64,000 bases of DNA from assembly GCF_036321535.1 (NCBI RefSeq), contig NC_087436.1:15996001-16060000 (forward strand), given 5' to 3'. Origin of the DNA: Camelus dromedarius (Eukaryota). The notes below the pieces were generated by a model. It saw only the letters and a program-made list of their open reading frames with translations, did no database searches and was not told the DNA's origin. The position numbers were made by a program, and so were the translations under genes. This document shows, in pieces, positions 12,680 to 25,905 of this stretch (position 1 is the first letter of the stretch; each line of letters begins with the position of its first letter).

Positions 12680-13330
12680 AAATGAACTTTTTATTAAAAA
12701 AAGTTTAAGGAACATTTAAAATATTTATAAAGTAGGAAATTCAATATCCATGAACTTATTATTACCAACTACCCAAACCACCTTCGTTTTGCCATGGTGG
12801 TTATATTCACCTCCCTTTATTTTGCTTTAGTGTTTAAAACAACCCCAGACATGTTGTTTCACCCTAAATCATTCATAATTCATATCAAAAGGTTATTTTC
12901 TTACAAATCATAATTTCTGCTATTATACCTAATAATATTAATAGTAGTTCTACAGTGTTACCTAATATTCAGCCCGTATTCATCTTTATCTAAAAGTTTT
13001 TTTTATAATTGATTTTCTTCGAATTAAGATCCAAACAAAATCAATTTATTGCATTTAATTATGTCTCTTAAGTCCTTATTAATGTCAAATAGTTTTCCTC
13101 TATTCTTCTGTTTTCATGTTACTGACTAGTTGAAGAAATCTGGTTGGTGGTTCTGTAGAATATTTCATATCTAGATTCTCTGTGGCTATTCTTCTTGGTG
13201 ATGTCATTTAGCAGTTTCTCTATCCTGTGTATTTAAACATTTAATTAGCTATGGTACTTCATATTACATCTTGCCATGTATTTTCTGATTGGCTTAATTT
13301 TAGTGATGGTAACTCTCTTTTTCAAGGAGT
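12680..13330 (-). mobile_element. Highly diverged L1 (L1MC/ME-like) 3' fragment
   Basis: aaaccccagacat, gaattaagatccaaacaa and ttgaagaaatctggttggtggttctgtagaatatttcatatctagatt resemble old L1 3' UTR antisense. Confidence 0.5.
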
Positions 13331-13647
13331 TACAGCCCTTTGTAAACATTGATATTTTACTGCTTTTGTTTTTTTAGGGGCCTTCCAAAAACATAATTAC
13401 TTTAAAAAATGTTGATTCTATCTGACAGTTACCATAAATGATTTCATTGGACATTTTTTATAAATCTAGGATTTATTATGGGATCTTTGTGATGTTAATT
13501 TTTCTATATCTTAGAACATTTTGCTAGTCATCAGTACTCATCTGTTATTTCTAACTATATTAAGGATTAAAATAATAAGAAAACAAAAATAGTGGAATTG
13601 CCCCTAGAATCAAGGTGCACTAGGATAGTAAATCATCATTCTTGGAT

Positions 13648-15028
13648 CACCCTTAGTTTTCTTACTGTGTTGCGCAAAGTGTTACTTCATATTTTAAGCA
13701 GGTATAAATTTGTTTTCTCAATGAGATCAAAGACTGGTATTTTAGGAGGGCAAATACCTAAATACTACAATAGTTTGTGATTCTCCAACGGACCACAGTA
13801 CATCTGTACAGTATTTCTTTAGTATTAAAATTTCATAGGGCATAATTAAGAAAAATGTCCTGAAATGGCTCCTTAGGTTCCTCAAAAAAGGTTGAGAAAT
13901 ATTGATATAAAAGAAGTCTATGGATTCCATCTTTGTGGTCTTATTTTTAGGTTTCATCGAACATAGTTAAGAATTTAGAATTTATTTTCTGCCCATAATA
14001 GTGAGGTGAAAAACATTGACAGAGGAAGACATTTTATAATTACTAGACCATTTGTCGATGAATTTGAAAAGACAGGGAGCAGTACTCACAATTTTTATCC
14101 AACTCAAGAATTTATTTGTGCACAGTGTATTTCTGTGGACAAAAAGGAAATTGGTTTTCCCAGCATCATGCCATTCAACAGGAAGGACTTCATTCTACAG
14201 AATTTATCCGATGTTTTATGGCAAGAACCTGGATCATCTCATTTTGCTAAAGAGGCATGTGACAGTGTTCATCCGTCATTTGTGATGACTGTGCACCACA
14301 ATTTACTTTGCAGTTTCTAAGTGAATAAATACAAAAAGCTGGTGTATGCATGAAGATCATTGGAAGGAACCATTCATGTAGAAATGAAAAAATTCAGTGG
14401 ATTGATCATTCTAAATGGTGTTTATAATCTGAAGAAGGAAATATTTTGCAATTTTGGAGAAAAGAAGATGACTCTCCTCTCTTTAACAGAATTTTGAACA
14501 ACCTATTAGTCCAGCTTTTCCAAAATATTGCACTTGGTGATGTTAGTTCAAGAAGGAGGACCAGGGGGAAGATATAACTCGGTATAGAGCATGTACTTAG
14601 CATTGGTGAAGTTCTGGATTCAATCCCCACTACCTCCATTAAAAAAAATTAAACCTAATTACCTGCCCCTAAAATTAAAAAATAATAATAATAAAGAAGG
14701 ACCAGAACTAATGATAAGTTAGTACCTATTAAAAGTTTATTTGTAACTTAGAATTAGTATTTATAAGATGAATATCATGTTTACAGATTGATCAGGAGCA
14801 ATTAATTATATCCAAATTATAGACAGATACCTTCAAAACCAGGAAAATGGGAAAAATTTTGGGTTTATTATGCTTAAAGTCTTACTAGAACTTCTGATAA
14901 TGTTTTTAACCATCCCTTTATGTAAATTATTTAAGGTGACTTAAGATAAATAATTGTTTTAAAAAAGGGGTTCTGACATTCCAGATGGTAAATGGTCATG
15001 ACTTTTTTATGGTATACTTGAGAGTTTA
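13648..15028 (+). mobile_element. piggyBac-family DNA transposon fossil (Looper-like), interrupted by a SINE
   Basis: Frameshifted transposase remnants EMKKFSGLIILNGVY (from 14381), NILQFWRKEDDSPLFNRIL, DKLVPI (~14713) and IPSKPGK (from 14827) occur in piggyBac order. The left boundary is uncertain. Confidence 0.82.
14564..14693 (+). mobile_element. tRNA-derived SINE (camelid Vic-1-like)
   Basis: GGGGG start, degenerate A box, B box gattcaatccc and A-rich tail. Target-site duplication aaggaggacca (14553-14563) / aagaaggacca (14694-14704). Confidence 0.9.
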
Positions 15029-17680
15029 GAAATCTCAGTGTTCAAATGTTGCTAGCTTAATATCTGGTAAGTCATTTAATATTTCTGAGTTTAGTAGTAA
15101 GGAAAAAGTAGTAATAGAGGTGGTATAAATAGTCTCTGAAAAAAATTGCAGTGGTCTTTGGTCATGAAACACATGAAAGGTATAACACTCTTGGTTTTGG
15201 CAACCTCAGTTTGTCTCTTTTGAAGAGACTAAAATTCTGTAATGCTTAAAATCCAACCAAAGATAAAACCAAACAAACTGAAACCAATCATTACTCTGAG
15301 AGGCTTTTAGAGAGTCAGATTATGAGCCCAGTCCAATCTCTGAGCCAACAGTACCTTTTTCTCTTTCTGCTAATTGGGGCAGTTAATAGGATTTGTGTGT
15401 GTCTAAGGTGAAACCTGATACTTCAACAACTTACAGTTTCACTCCAAGTGTTGTTTTAAGGCTTTCCTTTGGATAATCCTTAGAGTCTGACTGTAGCTCT
15501 GAAGACAGATTTACTGGCTTACAATTCATTTCTTGCTTTTTCATCCATGTAACCAGTGTCACCCAAAGGTAAAAACTGAGATCAAAAATAGAGAGAGGTG
15601 ATTAAGTTTTGCAATCCGATACCAAGTCCCTTATTGAGATTACCTCCGTTTACTTCCTCCCAAGGTTATATATTTGTGTTGGCAGTATCAGTGCCCTTTA
15701 GGGGTCTACTGTAAGCTCTCTGATGCCCTTACTTAAAATTTAATGTACCATCCACCCAGCCCCCTACCATTCTTTACAAATCTACAAAACTCTGCTCCAA
15801 AAAAAAATATGAATTGTTCTAATCAAACTATGAAATGTTACTTGACATCTTACTGTCCTTGAACACTCAATCCACTGAGCAGTGGTTGTATTTTTTTGCT
15901 GAATCTTCATGTCCAACTGGGTAGCATTAACCTTCTTCCACTTTGCTAATCTGAAATAAGCCTGAAATAAGTAATTTTTTCAAAGTATGTAAGTATCGAG
16001 CTATCCTACGATATGTTGTAGAGACAGGAGGACACCTATGAGTCTTTCTAACTTTGGACGGCCCAAGGCCCTTTAATCGTTACTGTTCATTATCTGAGTG
16101 GGTATAAAAGGCTGAGCCAGATCAGGGCCTAAATGCTTTGTCATGAAGGGAAAGTTGATAGGAATTCTGGTTCCTCTAAAATAGAGCAATAAGGAATAAT
16201 GACCTAGTTGTAGAAAGATCTGAATTTACTTGCTAGAATTAGTGGCTTTTGAAGTTGAAATATATGAAACTTCCTGTAGTTGGGTTACATTTTATGAAAA
16301 GTGACAGGTTTTCAGATCAGCAGAGGGCCACACCAGCAAAAAATGCTGGAGGATGGCCATGCCCTTCCTTTTGGCCTTGGCATTAGCCTGAGGAGGTATG
16401 CTCATCTTCGCTCCACAGAAACTACAGTTTAGTCTAGTTAAGGGCCTGCTTGCTTAATGCAACATGTAGGTAGATATTCTATAGCTAATTTTCATGCCAG
16501 TGCCAACACTGTTACCATGATTTCTATGTTGTATATTTTTAAGACAGTGGAGAAAAGTGGTTATACCTATTATAAAAAGGAAAGGAGGTGAACAACCTAT
16601 TTAACTTGAATCCTATTTGTAAGGCTAAAGAATGCCGACATGTGCTGTCAGCAGGTATGAGACATCATGACTAAAAGACGGAAGGAGAAGGAACTGTAGA
16701 GCAATACGATTAAAGGAGGGGGGTGGGATGGGATGGGTGCCTGCAGTAACTTTAATGGAGAGGAAGAAAGAAATAAGATAATTCTGTAGGGTGCGTACCC
16801 ATGAGGAGTTATTTTAGTTGTTACACTTAGTTTAGTTTGAACTCAAACTTGTGTTTGCTTAGAAAAATATGGAATTAAAAATTGTAATTTTTCTGATTAT
16901 TACTAATGTAATTTAGCAATTTAGTGCTTTTAATTATTGGCATTGCCTTTTTAAGATACTGATTATACAGCGTTCATTGAATTACTACTTTAGATCTTAT
17001 TGGTAATCAAAACTTAAGAAGTCTTTACATAGGTATTAATTGTATAAAACTTCCTGAAGTATTTCTGTTGAACCCGAATGAAATATAAGAGAAAAAAATA
17101 GAAATGAATTTATTCATAAAAAATCAAGAATATATAACAGACAACGGCTTGCACTTCTGTTAAGGTTTAGTGTGAGGTCACAGGTCAAGGTACTAATAAG
17201 AGTGTTTGGGATGTCTTCTGCCATGAAACAAAATGGAAACTTGATTGATAGCTAGAGGGTTGAAGGGAGAGAGTGTGGTGGAGAAAGCAAAGGTCATGGA
17301 GCCATTTCCCTTCTCTGCATGTATAACAATCAACTCTCTCCAAAACAAAATTTAGATGATATTGATCAACATGGCATATGTTGTGCACATTTCTATGAGT
17401 GTTGTGAAATGTCATTGTACATGAACTTGTAATAAATGTTTTAGTAATTTGAAAGCTGAAATGAAATAGGCTACAAAAAATCGTGATCATTTTGATGCCA
17501 AATTTAAAGTAATTACAGAATCCTTTGTTTACTCATATGATCATATATGTACAGGTTGGTTCTTGGCAAGATCTTAAATTTTATTTTAAAAACCAATTTG
17601 GACAAAGTTGTATAAGAAATATATCTCTTATTTGTTTTTTTACTTTGTAATTTTGTTGTTTTTAATTCTCTTTAAAATAG

Positions 17681-17742
17681 GTCTGGTTTGCATGAAGTCT
17701 AGTAGTTCAGTTGTGGAGTTGGTTATGCTGCTGTGTTCTCAG
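17681..17742 (+). CDS. LRBA: LRBA internal coding exon, 62 nt, phase 1 to 0; encodes (S)LVCMKSSSSVVELVMLLCSQ
   Basis: T-rich tract and aaatag acceptor end at 17680; donor CAG|gtgagt begins at 17743. A from the previous exon plus GT gives Ser. Too short for the ORF track. Confidence 0.96.
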
Positions 17743-20700
17743 GTGAGTGACAAGAATAAATGTTTGATTTAAAGTAAATTCTTAAATTCGTTTTGAAAGG
17801 AAGTTAAAATATTTCATTGGAAAGATTTGCTGTAACAGAGTTTTGAGTTTGCAGTTTTAATATAATTGTATTTGTACTGCAGAAGGATTACATTTTATGT
17901 TTGGCACTAGCAGATAATTTTGGAGTGCTGAGAGAAATCAGATAGATGAATGAGAAACAGAGGTTTTTAAAGTCACATTTAACAATGTCCAGATCAGATG
18001 ATCTTGAGATGGGTGAATTTCTTTGCTTCGTGTATTAAGGTTATAGAAACAGATTTATTTCTATACCTTGTGGAGTGCCATTCGGACTTCCCCTGGGAAT
18101 AATGGGTTTACTTCCCTTTTGTGCAGAGGTTATAAAATGAGTGATAAATAATTTTGAATTCTTGTCATTGCTAATTATTTTTGACATACATAGTAGATTT
18201 GGGAAAACATCAACAAAAATATGGCAGCCATCATAATAAGATGCAGTAAATAAATTCCTAAAAGCAGGGTTAGTTTCAGTGTTCAGAAACCTTATACCTC
18301 ATGTGGTAAACGTTAATGGTTTTTTTAAAACGTACAAAAAATAATCATGTATCCTTTGATATTTTCTTTTCTGTTTTGCAGTTAAACAGATGAATGTTTT
18401 TATTGAGAGTTTTCTTTGTAGTCTTTTAAAAATGGTATCTCGCTGGTAGTAAATTCCCCTACTTAAAACTTTAAAATAGCCTTTTTTAATAGGAAGGATA
18501 TTGGTGTAGGGGTCAAGGGTTCTGACCCATTTCAAAACCTTTGACCTTCATTTACAACTCTTATGGTTTACTTGCCTGATGAATAAGGATAATGCAGAAT
18601 TAATGTTTCTTTGCATCGATTTATTCATTTTAGTGCCTATATTGCCAAATTTATTTAGACTGTGCTGATGGACATTTCATGAATACAAATTAAAGAATCA
18701 TAGAAGGTGTGAAAAATCAATAGTACGCATTGTCAATAAAATGCAGTAAGAACAATTACTTCTAGAGATTACACCTAATGGATTTTTATAATGAACTTGT
18801 GAAGAGTAGTTATGTTTGTAGTGGGCTTATTATTCTTAGATTTAGTGAGAATCATGTTTTTATAATTTAATTATCTCCTCTAGAAAACTCCATTTCTTTA
18901 AAAGCTGACTGGAAAAAATTTCTCATTAAATAATTTGATTTGAAATAATTTCTTGTTTATTTCTTGGATGGAAATTACCATATGCCATTCTTATACTGAC
19001 ATGAAATTACACTTTACTTTAAGAGACATTTGTTTACAATTTTATGTGTTTCTTCACAGAAGTATGAATTTGTTGTTTATAATTATGTAATAGTCCCATA
19101 GGTGAATTTCGATAATGAAGTTTCACTTTCTGGTTTAGAAGAATTGAATATTTTCTTGATAGATGAAAGCTATTAGTATATTATACAGTTGAATGTTAGA
19201 AGCTGGAAAGATAATGATACATTTTAATAGACCTATTTGTCATGTATGTCACAGTGCTGTTTAATACTATTCCAATCAAATGGGATATGAAGATCACTTG
19301 ATAGAGTAAGTTGCAGAAGTCAGATATTCTCAAGGTTTTGTCTGAATAAAGTACATTACTGGTTTATTTTAAGTTCTTAACATTTTTTTATGGATTCTTC
19401 AAAAGTTCCATGGCATCTCTATAAGATGTAGCACAGTGTGAAAAATGATGTGAAAAATGAAGCCAGAATTAGCTCCAGATGTATACAGATTGTTCTGGGG
19501 TGATAATTACATTTTTCACTTTGAATTTTCCTAATTCAAAGAGGTCACATTGGCAATCACAAAAGTGATTTATTTTGTTAAGAAGTGAACTGTCTTTTTC
19601 TACATGAAAGCTTAAGGGATATGAAATTGAATTTGAAGTCGACATTTTGCAGATATTGGGTGGGGATGGCTTGAGTTTGATTGATAATTTTTTTTTTACC
19701 CTGAGATAGGGTGGGAAGTGAAAAGCTAGCATCTTGCTAAAATTTTAATTAATTTTTTAAGAGGAGATGGAGAGGATTGAGTGCCAAAGATCGAAAGATC
19801 AGGTCAGAAACTCCTTTTTAATCACATAAATAATGGGATATGCTTATGAACTTAACATCTGCAAATTTGATTTAAAACTTTACAAATTAGTTGATGTTAA
19901 TTTCATGACGATCAGCCATGTGCTGATTATTTTTTTGAATCCGTTCAAAACTTATTTTCTTTTTGCATTCTTTTTAACAAGGTATTTCAATTTGCCACAT
20001 TTTATTAGAAAAGAGTTTAGAGCCTAAACTTAAGAAATGAGGAAATGATCACTTTGAGTTTGCTGTCATTAAGACCAAACAGATCACTATGTATTTTGTT
20101 AAAGCTTCCATTAGGACTGTTTTTCAATATCTACTTATTAATAGGTTGATTAGACACTTTCGTATTTTATCCCATTTAAATTTTAACATTTTTAAGGCAA
20201 AATATTATTTAGGGTTGAAACCTTTTTTAAAATATTCAGCATACTGTTTTTAAGTAAAGTTATATACATACTTAAGTTTTTTAAATTAAGTTTATTCATA
20301 TATTGAATCCCATGTAGAATAATTCAAGAACTATTTAAGCTCCAAAACCTGATTTAAGTCTTCTTTACGTGTTTTAGATAAGACTGTATAAATTCTTCAG
20401 GAAACTGTGTACGCTCTGATGCACAGAAAAAAATTGAACAAGTTCTTAATTATATTTCAGATTCAGTTTTTCAGAAACATGTAACATTTATGCCCAATAT
20501 TTTTTGTGTATGTGTATGAACCTTTAGAAATCAATGTGAATGTAAAGAAAATGTTAAGTAAATATTTCAAATAATGTTACTCCAGCATTGTGTAAAGTGT
20601 TTGTATCTTGCTCATTTGACATTAATATCATTTTTGAAAGAATTGACATTGCATTCAAGGCCACTTTATAAAAGCGTTGTGTTGCTCATCCTAATTCAGT

Positions 20701-21789
20701 CTGACATACATTCCAATAACACTACCTCCCTTCTTGGGTTTAAAGCTAAATTTATGACTGTGCATTGTGAAGTGCATCATTTAAAAATGGTTTCAACCCA
20801 AAACATCTAATAAATAAATAATGTGTATGGCTACTCAGTAGTAGACTTTCTAGACTAGAAATCATTCCATCGGATACTCAACAGTCCACTATCGGAGAGG
20901 GCTGTCAGATAAATCTTATGGTAGCTGCATTCATGTCCTGTAAATCACATATTATTGTCTGAGCCTTCTGCCAGGTCATCTATTCTTTTCCCATTTATCA
21001 GAAATGCATAGAGTACATAGAAAAGCAGAAGCTAGAAGCACCATGTATTTTGGCCTGGCATCCCATCTGAGTAATTAATTAGCAGCAAAAGTTAATTTAA
21101 AACATAGTGTTAGTCTGATTTTTCTTTAATGAATTTTTCATCAGCATATGCAGATTGTTGATATTTGGGGAAATATTTCCTTCACATGAAGGTAACGATA
21201 AAAAGGTTTGGTCATTTTTGATTCATTTCTTTCTATGTCTCTGAATTATGAATTTTAAAATGATAATATTCATAGAACCAGTTACCACCATTCATAAGAT
21301 TCTTTAATGTCAGTTTTATGTTTGAATTATTGCCATTTGAATTTTTTCCTGAATCTTTGTAGTAAACTGTTCCTCTCTTTCATCACTCTCCTATGATTTC
21401 TTTCTTTTAATTCTAATTTTCTTCTTTTTTTTTTGGAGTTTAATCCTTCTAAATACGTAACCTTAATGATACTGCTCCCAGCTTTTTAATTTAAGGACTT
21501 TCACTTTTTATAGTTTTGATGAGTATTTTGAGTAGATAATTTAAAAAAACCCAACAAGGCAGGGGAAAAGCAAACCCAGCTGTACACCATGGCGCAGAGG
21601 TACCTCATTATTAGGCTTCTTTTCCTGTTTGGACCTCACTTCTTATCACTTTGCTTTTGTATCTGTCCTCAGGGTAGGCTGAACTATTCAAAGTTACCCA
21701 AATGTGCTGTCATAATTTTGTGTCTTGGCATGTTTTTTCTTTTCCTAAAATTTCCCTTTTTCGAATTTGATGACTCTTAATTGTCGGCT

Positions 21790-22375
21790 TCTTCTCATAA
21801 CTCAGTGCTCAACTTAAGTATCCTCTTCTCAGACCATCGTATCTATACTTGGTATCTTTTTGCATGTCTCCATCTGAGCACTCATCATAGAATGTACCAG
21901 AAATTTTAAGTATATTTGTCTAACTACTTTTTTTATTGCCAATTTCCTTCTCTGTGCTCTAGGGCCTACGAAAGTAACAACTGTTTGTGTTTTGTGTAGC
22001 TAGTACATGAGGGATACTGTGGATGTACCTAATACCCAGCACAGTCCCTGGCACGTGGTGGCTGTTCGGTGAATATTTATGGAATAAATAAATAATTCAG
22101 CTCCCAGTTAAATTGCAGCCTCTTCGGGAAAGGTTTCTTTGACTCCTCTTTCCCACAACTCTAAGCCTGAGTTAGGTATACATTCAGAGCACTCACTGAC
22201 CTGTCTTATAGTAATTTTATTCTTTATTTATATTGCCTGTGATTTTTATTTCTCTCTTATTAGACTCTAAGTTCCTTAAAGGCGAGCACTGTTTTGTTTT
22301 CTGTTGTATCTCCAACATTCAGCATAATTATTATTCAACCAAATATTTATAAAACAGCATAATTAATAAATGAAT
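21790..22375 (+). mobile_element. Two adjacent L2 3'-end fragments
   Basis: cccagcacagtccctggcacgtggtggctgttcggtgaatatttatggaataaataaat and tagactctaagttccttaaaggcgag...tgtatctcc are typical L2 termini. Confidence 0.7.
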
Positions 22376-22594
22376 GGTAACATTGGTCATAAATCATCAT
22401 GTTTGGGATTTTACGTTTTAGTTTTTTTTTTCATTATGAAATACCCTCATGGTTTTGTGTATTATTAAGTTTATATTAAGTGTTTGTTTTCATTGAGTCA
22501 GCTATTTTGTCACACCAAATATTGTAGTCATGTTCATTTATATAAAAGGTGTTACTTTTTTCATTTTCTTTTGGCTTAATTAGATTTACCTCTT

Positions 22595-22840
22595 TTAAGA
22601 AAATCAACTTTATTGGTGATATTTATTTATGATTAGTAGACAGTATATATGCATGCATTTTAAGTATACAGTTTAGTGAAGTTTGACATATACACAAACA
22701 TTTCAATCCAGAAAGTTCCCTGTGCCTCTGTAGTTAAATCCCTCCCCTTATCACCTCAAGTGGCCACTAACTTGATTTCTGTTACTGTGCATGCATTTTG
22801 CTTATTGCAGAACTTAATATAAATGGAGATTTACTTCTTT
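22595..22840 (-). mobile_element. Old L1M 3'-end fragment
   Basis: caactttattgg...ttttaagtatacagtttagtgaagtttgaca...ccagaaagttccctgtgcc...gccactaacttgatttctg. Confidence 0.7.
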
Positions 22841-25788
22841 GAATCGTGGTGCTTAGCTTCTCAGAGTGTGCTGTATTTAGTGTACACATCAACATTTTAA
22901 ACTGAAACTCACTAGTAGTAAGAGAATCGTGTGGTTTTAAAAAGAAATAGTAAAACAAAGGATTATCTTTTTGCCAACCACAAAATAGGAATTTTGAGTA
23001 TAAGTTGGTTATTGGAAATATAAGTCTTAACTTCCTTATACGTTATAAGGAAATCTTACGCTATAAGAAAATCTTACACTACAGAGCTTTTATACAGTAG
23101 TATTGTGAGGCCATTAACTATCGGTTTAGAAGTATTTTTTTCCCCACTGTCTCACAGGCTCAGTTCAAATGCTGTCTCTTCTACAGAGGTTTGTGTCAAT
23201 TTATCTGCCCTGAGTCCACCTCTCTATGCCTGCTGGTGATACTTCTTTTTTTATTTAGCAGACGTGTACCATATGCTTTTAAGGCAAGTCTCTCCTTTTA
23301 ATCTAGTGGAAGAGACAAATGGTTGCATAGAATTTTATAAGGACTTTAAGAGAAACAGAAGCAAATTATAGGGACAGGGAGTGGAGTTAGGGATGGATCA
23401 CAAAAACTGTTTATCAGTCCCTATTTAATCTAATTCTGATTTTGTTTTGTTCATTAGGAGATCATTTCAGGCTCTTTTGCCTTTCAGTCAAAAATCTTTT
23501 TCTGAGTTCCATCTGTATTTCTGTAATTTCATTGGGATCAATTGATATTAAATTTCTTAAAGCATTTCCTCTGCTCTTTCCTATATATATAATTTTCCTT
23601 GGTTGGATTTGTGGTAGCCAGGTACTTGTTTGATTACTTCTCACTATCCAGAATTGCCAGTATCACATATCCGAGTGTGTGTACTGTGTGATGGTAATGA
23701 ATGTTCTATGAAAAATGCTAGTAAATACATATGTGTGTGTGTGTAAAGTATGTATATAATAAAGTGTATTGTTGAATCTGTTATGGGCATAATATTAGCA
23801 TATTTGATCACAAAATCCTTTTTATGGATAATTTTTGTAAAATATGATTTAGGAAAAGCTGCTACTGCATCAGAGTTGAGACAGTGAATAATGCAGGAAA
23901 TGCTTCTTTTTTAATGTATTCTACTTCTGGTTTTCTCTGTTTCTCGAATCATAGTAATTACAGGATATCATTAGATATATAAAAGTATGGCTGTTTTCTT
24001 CATAAAACACTGATGATTTATATTTCATTCAGAAGAAATTACGTAAGTCACTTGTTCTCTCTCCTTTGTAGGTAATTTGGACTTCACTCTTAATTTACAT
24101 GTTGTTTCTGAAGGAATAGATCTTTAGAAGTGCTTATAGTAAGAGTTGATATTCTTTCTAGAACAACTTTAGTTTAACCAGGAATGTGTGTGTATACATT
24201 AAATGAATATACACAAGTTTATGTATTTTTACAGTATTTATGTAAACTAATCTGAAGTTTAAGGATAAACTCAAATATTTTGATATCAGTTGATTATACA
24301 GCTATTTCCTGTATTGACTGAGTGAATCACATTGTATTATAGTCAATACTGTAATAATTTATGCTTTGTAATCATGTTCAAGTGTGTAGCAGAGAGTCTA
24401 GAAACCAAGGTCAGAATGTATTTTATATTAATGGGATATTACATATATTATTATTGACCCATTTATAGCATTGAACTTTGCTATGCACTTAAAAAAGGTC
24501 CAGAAAGTCCAAAGAAAATGAAATTAAACTGTTTATGAATGTCATATGATACCATGTCTAATGAAATAAATTTTAATATGTCAAATAAATGAACCAAATT
24601 ATAGCAGTAAAATTTTTATAATTTTCAGTAGAATAAAATTTAACAATGGTTTACAGTTACACAGCTAAATCATTCAGTGGCTGGTGCTCTTCATAGGTCA
24701 TCCATTTATCCATCCAAACGACCAGGATTTGAGGTAGCTTGCAATCATGACCTAGATATAACAAAAATAGAGAGTCATTATTTAAGAGATTAAGAAGTCT
24801 AGGGGGTTTTCACTGAGATCTGTAGTGATTCTTTTTTTTTTTTATTTTTAATACAGTTTGTGTATAAAGCAATTCCTAGAGATTGTAAACAAAAATGTTG
24901 GTGATCCTTAGCCTTGAGAAGTGAGTAGACAATAGGATGCTGATAGTTCAGATTCATCCGGGTATATTTAGAAACATTCATTAAATTAATAGATAGAAGA
25001 GGAATTTGTTCTTCTTCTGATACAATTTGAAGAACTCAGTCTTTGCCATGTACAGATATTTTTGGTATGAGAACACATCAAAATCTTTCGGGGCATATAT
25101 TATATAATATGAATTTAATATGTTTCTCACTTATACTGTAAATTAGGATATAAATAATCCCAAACCCTATTAACTCTTACTCATCTTTAGTTCTTAGCTT
25201 AGATGCCCCCAACATTGGATTATGAGTTTTGAATATATGAATTTAGAGAACTCTATCTTAGAGTTAAATTTATGGACATAAGTGCTAGAGAGGAATTAAA
25301 TTTGTAGACATAAGAGCTATTTTTGTACTTACCATGCCATATTACAATTTTTGTTTCTTTTATTAGATTTAAAACTTCTTGAGGTCAGGAAAATATTTCT
25401 TATTGTCCATTTTGTCTGCACTGCTTATTAGTATCAAAATTATAATAAAATAAGCATTTAATAGGGATATGTTGAATAAATCAATATATTTACCTCATTT
25501 TGGTAAGTTTCTGTTTGAAATTAATCCTTGAGGTTTTGATTCATTAAAAAGTATTTATTTTTGTTAAGGAATAGACACCAATTTATTTAATACTTTACTT
25601 TTTTCTATTCAGTTTTATCTTACTCTGAAAGGTAATTTAGCTGTAAAATACAGGCTTCAAATCCTAATTCTGAACTCTAATCCTATTTTAAAGTAAGAAA
25701 GGGATACATATAAATCCCTTTCACTGGCTCAGCTTTGGATCTCAAAAGGACCGGTTAAAAAAATCACAAAACAGGGTAAGTAGGTAGC

Positions 25789-25905
25789 GGGGATACATGC
25801 TACAACTCAGTGGTAGAGTATATTCTTAGCATACATGGGTTCCTGGGTTCAATCCCCAGTCCCTCCATTAAACAAACAAACAAATCCTAGTGACCCTGCC
25901 CTGCA
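25789..25905 (+). mobile_element. tRNA-derived SINE (Vic-1-like), more diverged copy
   Basis: caactcagtggtagag (A box), cttagcat and cctgggttcaatccccagtccctccattaaacaaacaaac (B box and tail); same family as the copies at 14564 and 61178. Confidence 0.88.

Noticed and set aside
14006..14320. 104-aa ORF as a novel or domesticated gene
   Set aside because: It lies in the piggyBac fossil, whose transposase motifs are scattered over frames with stops and a SINE insertion.
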